Part shown: positions 47,382 to 59,500 of the stretch, piece after piece
Position numbering within the stretch: position 1 is the first letter of the stretch
Layout of the letters: each line of letters opens with the position of its first letter
Source: Candidatus Eiseniibacteriota bacterium
Lineage (GTDB): Bacteria; Eisenbacteria; RBG-16-71-46
Reading direction: 5' to 3'
Length of the DNA stretch: 64,000 bases
Assembly (NCBI GenBank): GCA_038231135.1
Contig: JBBRLX010000013.1
Coordinates: 31,127 to 95,126 of the forward strand
Notes under the pieces: generated by a model
Database searches by the model: none
What the model was told of the DNA's origin: nothing
What the model saw: the letters and a program-made list of their open reading frames with translations, nothing else
Position numbers and translations under genes: made by a program

Positions 47382-48262
47382 TCAGGAGCGGGCGTAACGG
47401 CGGTCGGCCGCGCGGAGGAATTGTTCGAGCAGGTTGCCGGCGACCGTCATGCGGTACTCGCGATCGGAGCGGATGTCGTCGATCGGCGCGATGTCGGCGG
47501 CGAGCGCCGCGCGCGCGGCCGCCGTGGCTGCGGCGCCGGGTGCCGCGCCGCGCAGCAACTCCTCCGCCGCGCGCGCGCGCACCGGAACCGGAGCGACGCT
47601 GCCGTAGGCGAGCCGCACGTGACGCTGCCCGCGCGCGGCCGTGGTGATCGTGCCGCAGAACACCACCTTGGAGATGCTCTGGGCCCGCCGCGTGCCCACC
47701 TTGCGGAAAAACGGGAACGCTCCGGCGGGCGCTGTGGGAATCCGGATCGCGATGATCAGCTCGTCCGGCTCGATCGCGAGCTTGCGGTAGCCGGTATAGA
47801 GCTCCGCGAACGGCACGTGGCGCCAGCCCCGCACCGATTGCACCTCGACCACGGCGTCGTGCGCGAGCAGCACCGGCAGCGAATCCCCGGCGGGCGACGC
47901 GTTAGCGATGTTGCCGCCGAGCGTGGCGCGATGCTGGATCTGGCGCGCGCCGATTTCGGCTGCCGCCGCGGCGAGCGACGGCAGGCGCCGCCGCACGTGA
48001 CGGTCGTGGCGCAGCTCGTGGAACGTGGTGAGCGCACCGATCACCAGCCCGTCGCGCTGCACCGTGACCCCGCTCAGCCCCTTGAGTCCCGCCAGGTCGA
48101 GATAGCGGGTTCCGGTCTGGGTGCCGGCGTTCAGGTACACGAACAGGTCGGTGCCGCCGGCGATCGGAATCGCACGCTCGCGCGGCACCGATTCCGCGAG
48201 CACGCCGAGCGCCTCGTCGATGTGGCGCGGACGCACCACGTCGAGCGCCGACAGCGCGGACT

Positions 48263-48266
<4 letters not shown>
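47382..48266 (-). CDS. Xanthine dehydrogenase family FAD-binding subunit
   Basis: IAGGTDL, QIQHRATLGGNIANASPAGD, PIDDIRSDREYR; GTG start coupled to the upstream stop. Confidence 0.92.
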
Positions 48267-48990
<724 letters not shown>

Positions 48991-48994
<4 letters not shown>

Positions 48995-49527
48995 TCGTCG
49001 AGCTCCGGTTCCTGGTTCGCGAACGGCGGCGCGCCATGATGGCCCTCGAACCGCTCCTGCATGTCCTGTTCGACGCGTGCCGGGTCGTCGTCCGGGAACG
49101 GTTTCCACGCCACGCGCAGCGCGGAGCGATCCGCGAGCTGCCAGATCGCGCGGCCGCCCCAGTGCGACACGTGGCGCCCCTGGCCGTAACGCAGATAGCG
49201 CTTCACCCGCTGCTTCAGCAGCGAGCGCACGCCCGGCCCGCGGGCGCGGCCGATATACAGCACCTGGGCCCCCGCGACCCAGCGCCGCTCGAGTTCCTCG
49301 AGCGGCAGCTCGGGAGCGGTGTCGCGGAAGCTCGGCGCCGAGCTCTTCGCAGTGAAGCGCGGCGGATTCAGCGTCTCGCGAACCACCGCGTAGATGCCGC
49401 GTTCGTTCGGCAGCTCCTCGCAGCGGTCCGCCCATAGCTGCGCCACGGTGCGGAAGCCGACGAAGCCATCGGCTTCGAGCGCCGCGATGGAGCCGGGAGC
49501 GGCCGGAGTGGCCACCATGGCGCTCAA
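48991..49527 (-). CDS. GIY-YIG nuclease-like protein
   Basis: 'LPNERGIYAV'..'VLYIGRA'..'LKQRV'..'RVEQDM'..'PPFAN' motif series; TTGA and ATGA overlaps with flanking genes (alternative ATG at 49518). Confidence 0.7.
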
Positions 49528-51884
49528 CGCCCGGTTCCGGCGAGTGCGCGCAGCAGGCGCTCGGGGGTCACGGGGATCTCGTTCATGACGGCGCCGGTCG
49601 CGTGCTCGATCGCGGCCACCACGGCGGGCGCCGGCGCGTCCATGGGCAGCTCACCCACGCCCTTCGCGCCGAACGGGCCGCGCGAGTACGGGACCTCGAC
49701 GATGTCGACGTCGATCGGAGGTGCGTCCATGGACGTCGGAATGATGTAGTTGGTGAGCTGGTGATTCCACACCCGCCCATCCTTCCATCGCACCTCTTCG
49801 AGCAGCGCCCAGCCCAGTCCCTGCAGCGTGCCGCCTTCGATCTGCCCGGCGGCGAGCACGGGATGGATCGCCTTGCCGATATCCTGCGCGGTGGTGACCC
49901 GCAGGACGCGCGTCTCGCCGGTGTCGAGATCGACTTCGACCTCGACGGTCAACGCCGCGTACGAGAACACGCCGTACGCGTCGCCGCGGTAGGTGTCGTC
50001 GTCCCACTTGAGGCTGTCGGGCTTGCGGTACCGGCATTCGGTGCGCAGCGGACCGCGCTCCGCCAGCCAGCGCTTCGCGATCCTGCGGAAGTCCGCGCCA
50101 TCGCGCGGCGGGCGCTCGGCGAACAACTCGAGCTTGCCGCGCATCTCGCGCGCGCACGATTCGAGCAGCCCGCCCACCACGACCACGGTGCGCGACGCCA
50201 CGGTCGGGCCGCTGTTGGGGACGAGCCCGGTGTCGGGCGTCTCGATCATGATCTCGTCGGGCGCCAGGCCGAGCGTCTCGGCCACGATCTGCGAGAACGC
50301 GGTGATCGTGCCCTGGCCGATCTCGGTGTTCGCGACCAGCACGCGCGGGCTGCCGTCCGGCGCGAGCTCGAGCGCCGCGAGCGAGTTCACCTTGGACTCG
50401 CCACTACCGGTGAATCCGGCCCCGTGGTAGACGAGCGACAGGCCGATGCCGCGGCGCACGCGCCGCGATGGCGCGGCGCTGGCGCTAGGCATGATGCCGC
50501 CCGGGGCTCCACCCGGCTCGCGCGACATGCGGCCGGCGCGCTCGAGCTTCTCGGCGGCCGCGTTGTCGCGGGCGAACTCGCGGCGTTTCTTCGCGTATCC
50601 CGACAGCGCGGCGGTGCGCTCGAGCACTTCGAGCGTGCCGACGCTCTCGGTCAGCACCTGCCCGGTCGGCGTCACGTCGCCTTCGACATAGGCGTTGCGG
50701 CGCCGGAGCTCGAGCGGGTCCAGCCCCAGCCGCGCGGCGATGCGGTCCATCTGGCACTCCATGGCGAACTGGGTCTGCGGCGCGCCGAACCCGCGGAACG
50801 CGCCGTTGGGCGGCGTGTTCGTGGCCACGGCGTTCGCGACGATCGTGGTGTTCGGACACCGGTAGGGGCCGCCCGCGTGGATCGCCCCCCGCGACAGCAC
50901 CACCGGCGTCAGCGTCACGTAGGCGCCGCCGTCCATCACGATGTCGATGTGGTTCGCGACCAGCGTGCCGTCGCGCTTCACGCCGGTGCGCAGCCGCATC
51001 CGCGCCGGATGGCGCTTGGTGGTGGCGGCCAGATCCTCGAGCCGGTCGTAGACGATCTTCACCGGACGGCCGCTCTTCCATGCCAGCAGCGCGGCATGCG
51101 CGCCGATCATCGACGGATACTCCTCCTTGCCGCCGAAGCCGCCGCCCGTGACGTTCTGGATCACCCGCACCAGGTGGGACGGCAGTCCGAACGCGCGCAT
51201 GAGCGCGGCGTGCACGTAGTACGGGCACTGGAGCGAGCCCTGGACTTCGAGCCCGCCGGCATCCGTGCGCCGCGCGATCATGCCGTTGTTCTCGATGTAG
51301 AGCTGCTCCTGGTGACCGCAGACATACTCGCCTTCGACGATCACGTCCGACGCGGCGAACCCGGCGTCGAGATCGCCGCGCGCGATCGTGATCGACTTCA
51401 TCACGTTGTCGTCGCCATGGATCCGGACCCGCATCGCGAGCGCGTCCTCCACCGTGAGCGCCGCCTGGAGCGGCTCGACCTCGACCCGCACCGCGCGCAG
51501 TGCCGCCTCGGCCCGTTCGGGATCCTCGTGGGCGAGCAGCAGGATCGGCTCCTCGGCGTGCCGGATCATGTCCACCGCGAGCAGCGGCTGGTCGTCCTCG
51601 ATCAGCGCGACCAGGTTCTCGCCCGGGATGTCCTTGTGGTCCGCGATCGTGACGCCGGTCCAGTCGAACGACCGGTCGAGCTCGATCTTGAGGATGCGGC
51701 CGCGCGGCACGGTGGAGCGCACCGTGCGGCCGTGGAGCACGCCCGGCACGGCGATGTCATCCACGTACAGCGAGCGCCCGGTGACCTTGTCGTAGGCTTC
51801 GAGCTTGGGAATGCTCCTGCCGACGGCAGGCGGACGCAGCAATGTCCGGGCTCGGGCATCACTGGGTGGGGCTGAACGGACCAT
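49524..51884 (-). CDS. Xanthine dehydrogenase family molybdopterin-binding subunit
   Basis: KVTG..YVDD, QEQLYIE, GGGFGGKEE, AFRGFGAPQ, EIGQG, GPTVASR, GQIEGG, AKGVGELP. Confidence 0.93.
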   Translation of the reverse strand: MVRSAPPSDARARTLLRPPAVGRSIPKLEAYDKVTGRSLYVDDIAVPGVLHGRTVRSTVPRGRILKIELDRSFDWTGVTIADHKDIPGENLVALIEDDQPLLAVDMIRHAEEPILLLAHEDPERAEAALRAVRVEVEPLQAALTVEDALAMRVRIHGDDNVMKSITIARGDLDAGFAASDVIVEGEYVCGHQEQLYIENNGMIARRTDAGGLEVQGSLQCPYYVHAALMRAFGLPSHLVRVIQNVTGGGFGGKEEYPSMIGAHAALLAWKSGRPVKIVYDRLEDLAATTKRHPARMRLRTGVKRDGTLVANHIDIVMDGGAYVTLTPVVLSRGAIHAGGPYRCPNTTIVANAVATNTPPNGAFRGFGAPQTQFAMECQMDRIAARLGLDPLELRRRNAYVEGDVTPTGQVLTESVGTLEVLERTAALSGYAKKRREFARDNAAAEKLERAGRMSREPGGAPGGIMPSASAAPSRRVRRGIGLSLVYHGAGFTGSGESKVNSLAALELAPDGSPRVLVANTEIGQGTITAFSQIVAETLGLAPDEIMIETPDTGLVPNSGPTVASRTVVVVGGLLESCAREMRGKLELFAERPPRDGADFRRIAKRWLAERGPLRTECRYRKPDSLKWDDDTYRGDAYGVFSYAALTVEVEVDLDTGETRVLRVTTAQDIGKAIHPVLAAGQIEGGTLQGLGWALLEEVRWKDGRVWNHQLTNYIIPTSMDAPPIDVDIVEVPYSRGPFGAKGVGELPMDAPAPAVVAAIEHATGAVMNEIPVTPERLLRALAGTGR

Positions 51885-51923
51885 ACTGAAGTTTACAAAA
51901 CCGCAGGCTGCCGGACAAACCCG

Positions 51924-51975
51924 GCAGGCTGCTGAAGAACCCGATTGCTGCACTCGGGGTCCTTCAGCAGCCTGC
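51924..51975. repeat. REP-like palindrome sharing ends with the 5807-5957 MITE
   Basis: GCAGGCTGCTGAAGAACCCGA (51924-51944) / TCGGGGTCCTTCAGCAGCCTGC (51954-51975); degenerate extra copy GCAGGCTGCC at ~51903. Confidence 0.65.
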
Positions 51976-52011
51976 GCTATTCCGGGCGATCAAGAAGCTC
52001 AACAAATCCAA

Positions 52012-54798
52012 TCAATTCAAGATCACGAACCTGCCATTTTGTACGCCGTCGGCCGACCGGACGCGGTAGAAATACACTCCGGGAGCCATAGCGCGACCCT
52101 GGGTGTCGTGGGCGCGGAGCGTCCAGGAGTGGATGCCGGGGGCGGCGGCCGGCTCGTCGGCCAGCACGCGTACCACGCGGCCGCTCACATCGATCAACTC
52201 GGCCTTGAGCGGACCCGTACGCGTTACGGCGAAGCGCAGGAACGCCTGGGACCGCATGGGATTCGGCGACACGAGCTGGCGCACGACGGCGCGCTCCGGC
52301 TCCGGCACGGCGAGCACGGGGAGCGACTCGGTCGAGATCTTCACGTCGTCGACGTCGAACCGGTCGCCCGCCCCGCCGGACCCTCGCATGACCAGGAAGT
52401 CGAGCGTGGAATTCAGCCCCAACGCCGAGTAGCGCTCGGCAAGGTTCACCCAGTCGGACCCGACGGGCTGACGTGGCGTGGATACGCTGGTGATGAGCGC
52501 GCCCGTGGGGCCGTATTCGCGGACCCACAGCCACATCGGTTCCGTGCCCGCGTCCGAGCGGACCCACGCGGAATAGTTGTAGATCGATCCGGCGCCGTAC
52601 GACGTCGCCCAGTCGGGGCTGTCGGTGATGCCGAATGTCGACCTGCCGAGCACGTTCGTCACGCGCGCGGCATGGCCGTCGGCGCGCCCGGGCGCGGCCC
52701 ACGTGAGCTCCGCCTGATTGCCGTTCCAGCCGTCGAGGCCGGTCTCGAACGATGCGTTGCCGGCGAGATTCCGGTTGACCTGGATCCGCGTCGTGTCGGA
52801 GCCCGACATCGCGTTACCGGCGGTGAACACCACCGTGTAGGGCAGGTTGCGCTGCGCCCCGATCCCCGGCTCCCACGCGAACGTGCCCGTGAGGCGATCG
52901 GAAGTCAGTTGCAGACTGGCGTCATTGCCGGGCGGCAGACCCGACACGTCGGCCGCGAAGCTGCGGACCACGTCGCCGTCGGGGTCATAGGCCTGGACGT
53001 TGAACGGCATCGACCGCTGCCAGCTCTGGGTCAGCAGCTCGGGCGCCGTGACGATGGGCGCAACGTCGCCATACAGCCGCTGGATCGCGACGTCGTCGAC
53101 GAGGAACGCATCGCCGGACTCGTTCGGATCCATCAGCACCTGGAAGTCGAAGTGCGAACCCCGGAACACGGTGAGCACGGCCAGCGACAATTTTCGCCAG
53201 GTGGCGTCGATCGGGACGCCGAGCGTCTGGCTGGCGCCCTGGAACACGAGCCCGCTGTATTCGCGCACGCGGAGCCTGGCGGAGCCCGTGCCGGCCGCGA
53301 GCTTGACCCAGGCGGTGAACCGGTAGCGGGCCCAGTCGGAGTCGGCGGCGGCGACCCAGTCCGGACTGTCGTTGAGTCCGAACGTCTTGATCGAATCCGG
53401 GGAGGTCACGAGCGCCGCCCACGATCCAGTGTGGGAGTTCGGTGACGCGGTGATCGTGCTGCTGCCGGTGCCGGCCCAGCCGAGCAGCGAGCTCTCGAAA
53501 TCGGGATTTCCGGCCAGGTTCGGTCCCACGTCGGAATCGTCGTTCAGGATCGTGCCGGTGCCGGTGCCGTTCGCGATCGCACTACCCGACGGGTTCGACA
53601 GCACGACCGTGAACGCCTCGTCGGCCTCGGTCTGCACGTCACCGGTGATCGTGACGGCCAGCGAGCCCGCATGGCGGGTCGTGAAGTGCACGATGCGCGG
53701 GTACTGGTCCTGCGCCAGGTAGACGTCGCCGCGCCCGTTCGCCGCGACGGCATAGGGTTTCGCGACGATCGAGGTGTCGGTCGGGATGTCGGACCATTCC
53801 GCGATCCAGTTGCCGTTCTCGTCGGCGATCGCCACGCGGTCGAGATCCGCGATGAACACGTGGCCGCAGCCGTCGATCGCGACGGTCGCGATGCCGCGCG
53901 CCTGCCCCGCCGTGCTCGCCGGCGCCCAGGTGGCGACGGGCGTGCTGTCGGGGGCGAACACGTGCATCCGGCTCACGGTGCCGTTGGTGTCGGACACCAT
54001 GGCGTAGACGTTGCCGGTGGATCCCACCGCGATCGAGAACGGACGCGGTCCGCCGCTGCCCCACTGCATCAGGTAATTGCCGGCGGTGTCGAACTGGGCA
54101 ATCGTGCCAAACGCGGACACGTACACGTGACCCGCCGCGTCGGCCGCGATGTCGACCGGCCGCAGGTCGGCACTCGCCGCGAACGGCAGCGCGAACTGGC
54201 CGAGCCAGCCGCCGGACGCGTCGAACTTCTGCACGCGCTGATTCTCGGTGTCGGCGACGTAGACGTTGCCCACGGCATCCACCGTGATGCCGATGGGTTG
54301 CGCGAACTGGCCGTTGCCGGATCCGGGCGAACCCCAGCTCAGCACCAGCGTGCCGTCGGGGTGGAAGCGCAGCACGCGTGCATTGGGCTGGTCGACCGCG
54401 TACACGTCGCCGTTCGGCGCCACCGCGAGGTCTCTGATGAATCCGGCGCCCCCGGCATCCCAGGACTCGGAGAACACGGGCTCGGGAGTCGCGAGCGTCA
54501 CGGTGCCGCTCGCCGCCGTGAAATCGCCCGAGTCGGCGCGCGCGGTGCCGTTCTGGGTGGCCCAGTCGACCGAGATCGGCGCGCAGGCCGGACCCGTGGC
54601 CGTCACCCGGAACGTCATAGCTTTGGAGCCGGCATCGCCTTCGACGACGCGGGCGTTCCCGATCGAGATCGCGGGCAGCGTGCCCGCCGGGGCCGAGTGC
54701 GACGGCGTCGCATTCCACGTCAGCAACGCGGCCGCGAGGCCCGCCCACCGGAGGCTTGAGCTCGAGAACTGGGGAGTTACCGGGGACATGCACCGCAT
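52012..54798 (-). CDS. Secreted multidomain protein: Calx-beta, NHL repeats, two CBM4/9-like domains, FlgD-Ig/Por-type C-terminus
   Basis: 'GSPGSGNGQFAQPIGITVD..VYVADTENQRVQKFD' (NHL); 'EADEAFTVVLSNPS..GTGTILNDD' (Calx-beta); 'NLAGNPDFE' and 'NLAGNASFE'; 'VSPNP..DVSGRVVR..PGVYF'; GGAGG RBS. Confidence 0.85.
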   Translation of the reverse strand: MRCMSPVTPQFSSSSLRWAGLAAALLTWNATPSHSAPAGTLPAISIGNARVVEGDAGSKAMTFRVTATGPACAPISVDWATQNGTARADSGDFTAASGTVTLATPEPVFSESWDAGGAGFIRDLAVAPNGDVYAVDQPNARVLRFHPDGTLVLSWGSPGSGNGQFAQPIGITVDAVGNVYVADTENQRVQKFDASGGWLGQFALPFAASADLRPVDIAADAAGHVYVSAFGTIAQFDTAGNYLMQWGSGGPRPFSIAVGSTGNVYAMVSDTNGTVSRMHVFAPDSTPVATWAPASTAGQARGIATVAIDGCGHVFIADLDRVAIADENGNWIAEWSDIPTDTSIVAKPYAVAANGRGDVYLAQDQYPRIVHFTTRHAGSLAVTITGDVQTEADEAFTVVLSNPSGSAIANGTGTGTILNDDSDVGPNLAGNPDFESSLLGWAGTGSSTITASPNSHTGSWAALVTSPDSIKTFGLNDSPDWVAAADSDWARYRFTAWVKLAAGTGSARLRVREYSGLVFQGASQTLGVPIDATWRKLSLAVLTVFRGSHFDFQVLMDPNESGDAFLVDDVAIQRLYGDVAPIVTAPELLTQSWQRSMPFNVQAYDPDGDVVRSFAADVSGLPPGNDASLQLTSDRLTGTFAWEPGIGAQRNLPYTVVFTAGNAMSGSDTTRIQVNRNLAGNASFETGLDGWNGNQAELTWAAPGRADGHAARVTNVLGRSTFGITDSPDWATSYGAGSIYNYSAWVRSDAGTEPMWLWVREYGPTGALITSVSTPRQPVGSDWVNLAERYSALGLNSTLDFLVMRGSGGAGDRFDVDDVKISTESLPVLAVPEPERAVVRQLVSPNPMRSQAFLRFAVTRTGPLKAELIDVSGRVVRVLADEPAAAPGIHSWTLRAHDTQGRAMAPGVYFYRVRSADGVQNGRFVILN

Positions 54799-55027
54799 GG
54801 AAGAACCTCCAGAACACTTCTCCCAAGGACCCTGGGAGCATTCGGACTCCGGTGAACGAGAGTGACGGACCGGTCCGGGGTCGATCGGGGCCGGTGCGTG
54901 ACATCCAGTAAGTGATCGGCCGGCACCGGCATGGAATCCATCGGTTTCGCCCGGGGCGGAAAGGTTTCGCTCGCGCCGGGGGCCAGCGCCGCCTAGATTG
55001 TCGCGGCTCGCACCCGGAGGAAACGCA

Positions 55028-56524
55028 ATGGCCAACGTGCTCAGCGGCGAACCGCTCGCCGAGATCCTCGCCCGCCTGTCCGACGCCAACCAGCAGTTCG
55101 ACGCCGCGCACCCGGGCGAGAAACCCGATCGGCAGCCCGTCCATACGGTCTATGGGGGTGCCCATCTGTTCACCTCGGACATCTCCCAGAAGCTGGGCAT
55201 AGCCGCCAGCCGGATCCTCGCCGAGTTCGCCCCCGAGCCCGAGGGATTCGCGCGTGTCCTCGGTTTCGAAGGCGTGTCGCTCGCGGTGGACAACGTCGTG
55301 CGCAAGCCCGCGAAGATGCCCGGCGTGCATCCGCGGCTCTCGACTCCCGGCTCGGGCGAGAAGCCGGCGCCCCCGCCGGCGCGCGCGTCCGCGTCGCCGG
55401 CCGGTCCGCCCCCTGTCCCGTCGCTGGCCGAGGCCGTGTACGCGCGTGTGGTGGACAAGCTCGAACACGAGCCGGTCGAGGATTTCCGGATCGACTTCGA
55501 GGACGGCTATGGGAACCGCCCGGACGAAGAGGAGGACGGCCACGCCGTCGCCGCCGCCACCGAGCTCGCGACCGGACTCATCGCCCACACGCTGCCGCCG
55601 TTCATCGGCATCCGCATCAAGCCGCTGACGGCCGAGCTCCACGCGAGGAGCCTCCAGACGCTGTCGCTGTTCCTTACCAAGCTCGTGGAGCGCACGAGCG
55701 GCGTGCTGCCGCCGCACTTCGTGGTGACGCTGCCCAAGATCACCGTGCCCGAGCAGGTGTCGGCGCTGGTCGAGACGTTCGAGCTGCTGGAACGCAGCCT
55801 CAAACTGTTCCCGGGCACGCTCAAGATGGAGATGATGATCGAGACGCCACAGTCGATCGTTGCCGCGCGCGGCACGTTCGCGATCCCCGAGCTGCTGGCG
55901 CGCGCCCGGGGCCGCTGCCGCGGCCTGCACTTCGGCACCTACGACTACACGGCAGGCGTGAACATCACCGCGATGCACCAGAAGATGTCGCATCCGGCGT
56001 GCGACTTCGCGCGGCACGTGATGCAGGTGTGCTCGGCCGGCACCGGCGTGACGCTGTCGGACGGCGCCACCACGTTGATGCCGGTGCCGCCGAATCGCGC
56101 GACGCCCGACGGCCCGCGGCTCACGGACGCGCAGGTGGCGGACAACCTGCGTGCGGTGCACGGCGCGTGGAAGGCGCACTACGACGACGTGCGGATGTCG
56201 CTGCGCAACGCCTACTACCAGGGCTGGGACCTGCACCCCGGGCAGCTGTGCACGCGCTACGCCGCGGTGTACGCGTTCTTCCTCGAGGCCCGCGCCGAGG
56301 CCGCCGCGCGCCTCAAGCTGTTCATGGACAAGGCCGCGCAGGCGACACTGATGGGCAACGTGTTCGACGATGCCGCCACGGGCCAGGGGCTCCTGAACTT
56401 CTTCCTGCGCGGCATCAACTGCGGCGCGTTCACCGACGAGGACGCGCTCGCGACCGGTCTCACCTATGACGAGCTGCGGCTGCGATCGTTCGTCAAGATC
56501 CTGGACCGGCGGCGCGGCGTGTGA
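55028..56524 (+). CDS. HpcH/HpaI aldolase-citrate lyase (CitE/malate synthase-like TIM barrel; DUF6986-type)
   Basis: RQPVHTVYGGAH, PVEDFRIDFEDGYG, TLPKI, EMMIETPQS, HFGTYDYTA, LSDGAT, QGWDLHPGQ; GGAGG RBS. Confidence 0.8.
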   Translation: MANVLSGEPLAEILARLSDANQQFDAAHPGEKPDRQPVHTVYGGAHLFTSDISQKLGIAASRILAEFAPEPEGFARVLGFEGVSLAVDNVVRKPAKMPGVHPRLSTPGSGEKPAPPPARASASPAGPPPVPSLAEAVYARVVDKLEHEPVEDFRIDFEDGYGNRPDEEEDGHAVAAATELATGLIAHTLPPFIGIRIKPLTAELHARSLQTLSLFLTKLVERTSGVLPPHFVVTLPKITVPEQVSALVETFELLERSLKLFPGTLKMEMMIETPQSIVAARGTFAIPELLARARGRCRGLHFGTYDYTAGVNITAMHQKMSHPACDFARHVMQVCSAGTGVTLSDGATTLMPVPPNRATPDGPRLTDAQVADNLRAVHGAWKAHYDDVRMSLRNAYYQGWDLHPGQLCTRYAAVYAFFLEARAEAAARLKLFMDKAAQATLMGNVFDDAATGQGLLNFFLRGINCGAFTDEDALATGLTYDELRLRSFVKILDRRRGV

Positions 56525-56535
56525 TGGGGCCTAAC

Positions 56536-59500
56536 TCACCGTAACCGCACGAGGCGCGCGACTCGCGCTCCCCACGGCGTGTCGAGCCGCACCAGATAGA
56601 CGCCGGCGGCGACCGCAGCGCCGCCGCTGGTGGTTCCCGGCCACGTCGCGCGATGGACGCCGGCTTCGTAGGTCGCCTCGCTGTGCCAGATCCTGCGTCC
56701 GGCCAGGTCCAGGATATCGAGGCTCGCTCGGCCGGACCGCGGCAGCGAGAAGCTCAGCGTCGCCGAACCCGAGCTGGGATTGGGCTGTGGCCGCGCCAGG
56801 TCGAGTCCGGTCGCCGTCGCCGGGCCCACGCCCGCGGTCGGCAGCTGCCCGATCGCGAAGTCTCCGAAATCCGTCACGCCCATCGCCTGCGTGCTCGTGG
56901 GGCTGTCGGTGCCGGGGTTGGTGGCGAACCATGCGCCGTTGTAGCGCCGGATCACGAGGTTCGCGGGGTCGGTTCCGGCGTCGAGATCGGCAGGGGCGAA
57001 CGTGAACGTGGCGTCGAACCCGGTGAGCGTCGGCGTGCTGGCCGGGGCCAGCGTCCACCAGCGATTCACGGAATGCGCGGGGTCGAGGTCGGAGCTTCCC
57101 AGATTCGGATGATCCGGCGTGTGCGTGGCCGCCGTGAGATCGAACGCCGTGGTGCCGTTCATCGCGAGCGTGACCGGCGCATAGGTCGTCGCGTCACCGA
57201 CGTCGAACACGACCGTCTGAGATCCCGCCGCCACGCTGCGCCGTAGATTGCCCGCGACGTAGCCCGTCGCCTGCGACGCTCCGCCGATGCCGCCGGTGGC
57301 GGCGATCGCGAGCGTGTTCGGCCCCGTCGTGACGAGCCCGCTCGTGAACGTCAGCGGACCGTTGAGGCTCACGTTGGTGGCGAGCGTCACGCCGGCCGGG
57401 TTGTTCACGCGCATCGACGAGTTCGCGGTGGTGACAAGGCTGCCGAGGATGCCGATCGGCTGGTTCGTGGATCCCGCGAACGCCAGGCTCGTCGTGGAGG
57501 ACGTCGGGCTGAAGTTGAGCATGGCGCCGGGCCGCACGGTGACACTGCCGCGGATCGTGCCGCCACCGGGGAGTCCGCCGAGGCTCAGCGTGCCCTGGGT
57601 GACGATCACGCTGTCCGCCGACCAGGGATTGGCGCCGCTCGGCGAGATCGTGCCCGCGGCGTTGAGCTCGAAGTCCGCGAAGTCGCGTCCCGACATGGAC
57701 GGCGTCAGCGCGGCGTTTAGCCGGAACCGGCTGCCGGGCTGGAAGATCACGACGGTCGCGGGGGCGGTCGCGCCGAACGGGTTCGCGCCGGCGGCCTGGG
57801 CGTACAGGGATCCCGCCCGGAACACGACGGAGTTGACCGCGCCGGGCGCTGTGCCGTTGCCGAACACGTTGCCCGAGAATCCGGTGCCGAGCGTGATGGA
57901 CGAGCCGGTCTCGAACGCCAGCGCCTGCGTGCCCGCCGCGAGCAGCCGGTGCGACCCACCGCTGACCGCAACGGGGCCGCGAATCGAGCCCATCGCACCC
58001 GATCCGAGTGCGAGCGTGAGCGCGCTCGAGCCGCTCAGCGTGATCGCGCTGCCCGGCGCCAGGTCGAGCCCGGTGCCCGAGAACCCCGTCATCGACAGCG
58101 TGACCGCGGCACTCGCCTGCAGGGTCACCGACGTGTTACCGGAGATCATTAGCTGGGAGATCGTCTGGGTCGGAACCCCGGTGGCCGTGACGCTGCCGCC
58201 GCCGGAGAACGCGAGCACGTCGGTGGCGCCGGGCGTCGTCCGCGTCGGAGTCCAGTTGGTCGCAGTGGTCCACGCTGCCGACCCCGTCGCGATCCACACG
58301 TATGAATTCGCGGAGGCCGCGAGGATGGTGAAGTCGGCGTGGCTGGAATCGGCGGCCAGATTGTTCGAGGCGTCGTGAGCGACGACGCGCACGCGGGCCG
58401 TGGTGGTGGCGGCGCCCGGGACCGTCCACGTATAGGAACCGCTGTTCGCGAGTCCGCTGGCGATCGCGTTCGGGAACGTCGCTCCGCCGTCGGTGGAGTA
58501 AGCCAGATCGATCGCGGTCACGCCGAGGTTGTCGGACGCCGTCCAGGTGACGGCGTGCGCGGTACCACCCTGCCAGCTCTCGCCGCCCACCGGTGCTGTC
58601 AGCATCACCGTCGGCGCGATCGAGTCCACGGGATTCGCGGCGAACGACGCCGACAACGTCTGGTCAGAATGCACGGGCGGGAACGTGTAGTTCGTGACCG
58701 CCCCCACCGTCACGCCGTTCACGAGCACATCCGCCACATGGAAACCTGCATTCGGAGTCATTGTGAACGCGGGCGTGCTGCCATCCAGAACGCTCACGGC
58801 GCCGCCGGGCGACACCGCGCCGTTCGGCCCCGCGCTCGCGGTGATCGTCCAGCTCTGCGCGATGACGCCGCCGCTGTGCGAAACCCACAGCGTGCCGTTC
58901 AGGAACACCAGGCTGTCGGCGTCCTCGGCCCAGCCCGTGAACAGGCTGCCGCCGTTGCCGCTGCCGTCGTCCGCGGGGGAGCTGTCGGACACGAACACGA
59001 TGCGTCCCGCGCCGTATTGCGAATGCGCGACCATGCCGCCCACGGTGCTGCCCTGGGGCTGGCCCGCCATCCACACGTCCCCGGTCACCGACGGATTCGC
59101 CGCGGTGTCGAGCGTCATGGTGGTGCCGGCGTGGAACGCGATGCCGGGCGCCAGGCCCGCGACGCCGTGGATGATCGAGTCGGTGGGCGACGTGTTCACG
59201 TTCGCGCTGGTGGCGGTGATGCTGTTGTTGGGATCGCCCGTGACGTTGAAGTGCACACCCAGCAGGTGCTGGGCATCGAACAGGTTCCAGATGTGCGGGG
59301 AGTCGAAGCCGTCGTTGTTGCGGTCCGAGCCGTTGTGGTCGGAGATCACGAACAGGCCGCCACCGTCGCGGACGAAGTTGAAGATCGCCGTGGACTCGGC
59401 CGAGCTGAACCGGGTGTTGGGCTCGTCGACGATGAACACGTTGTACTTGGAGAGGTCGTACGGATTCGACAGGTTTTGATAGGTGATCCCGAACGCGGAC

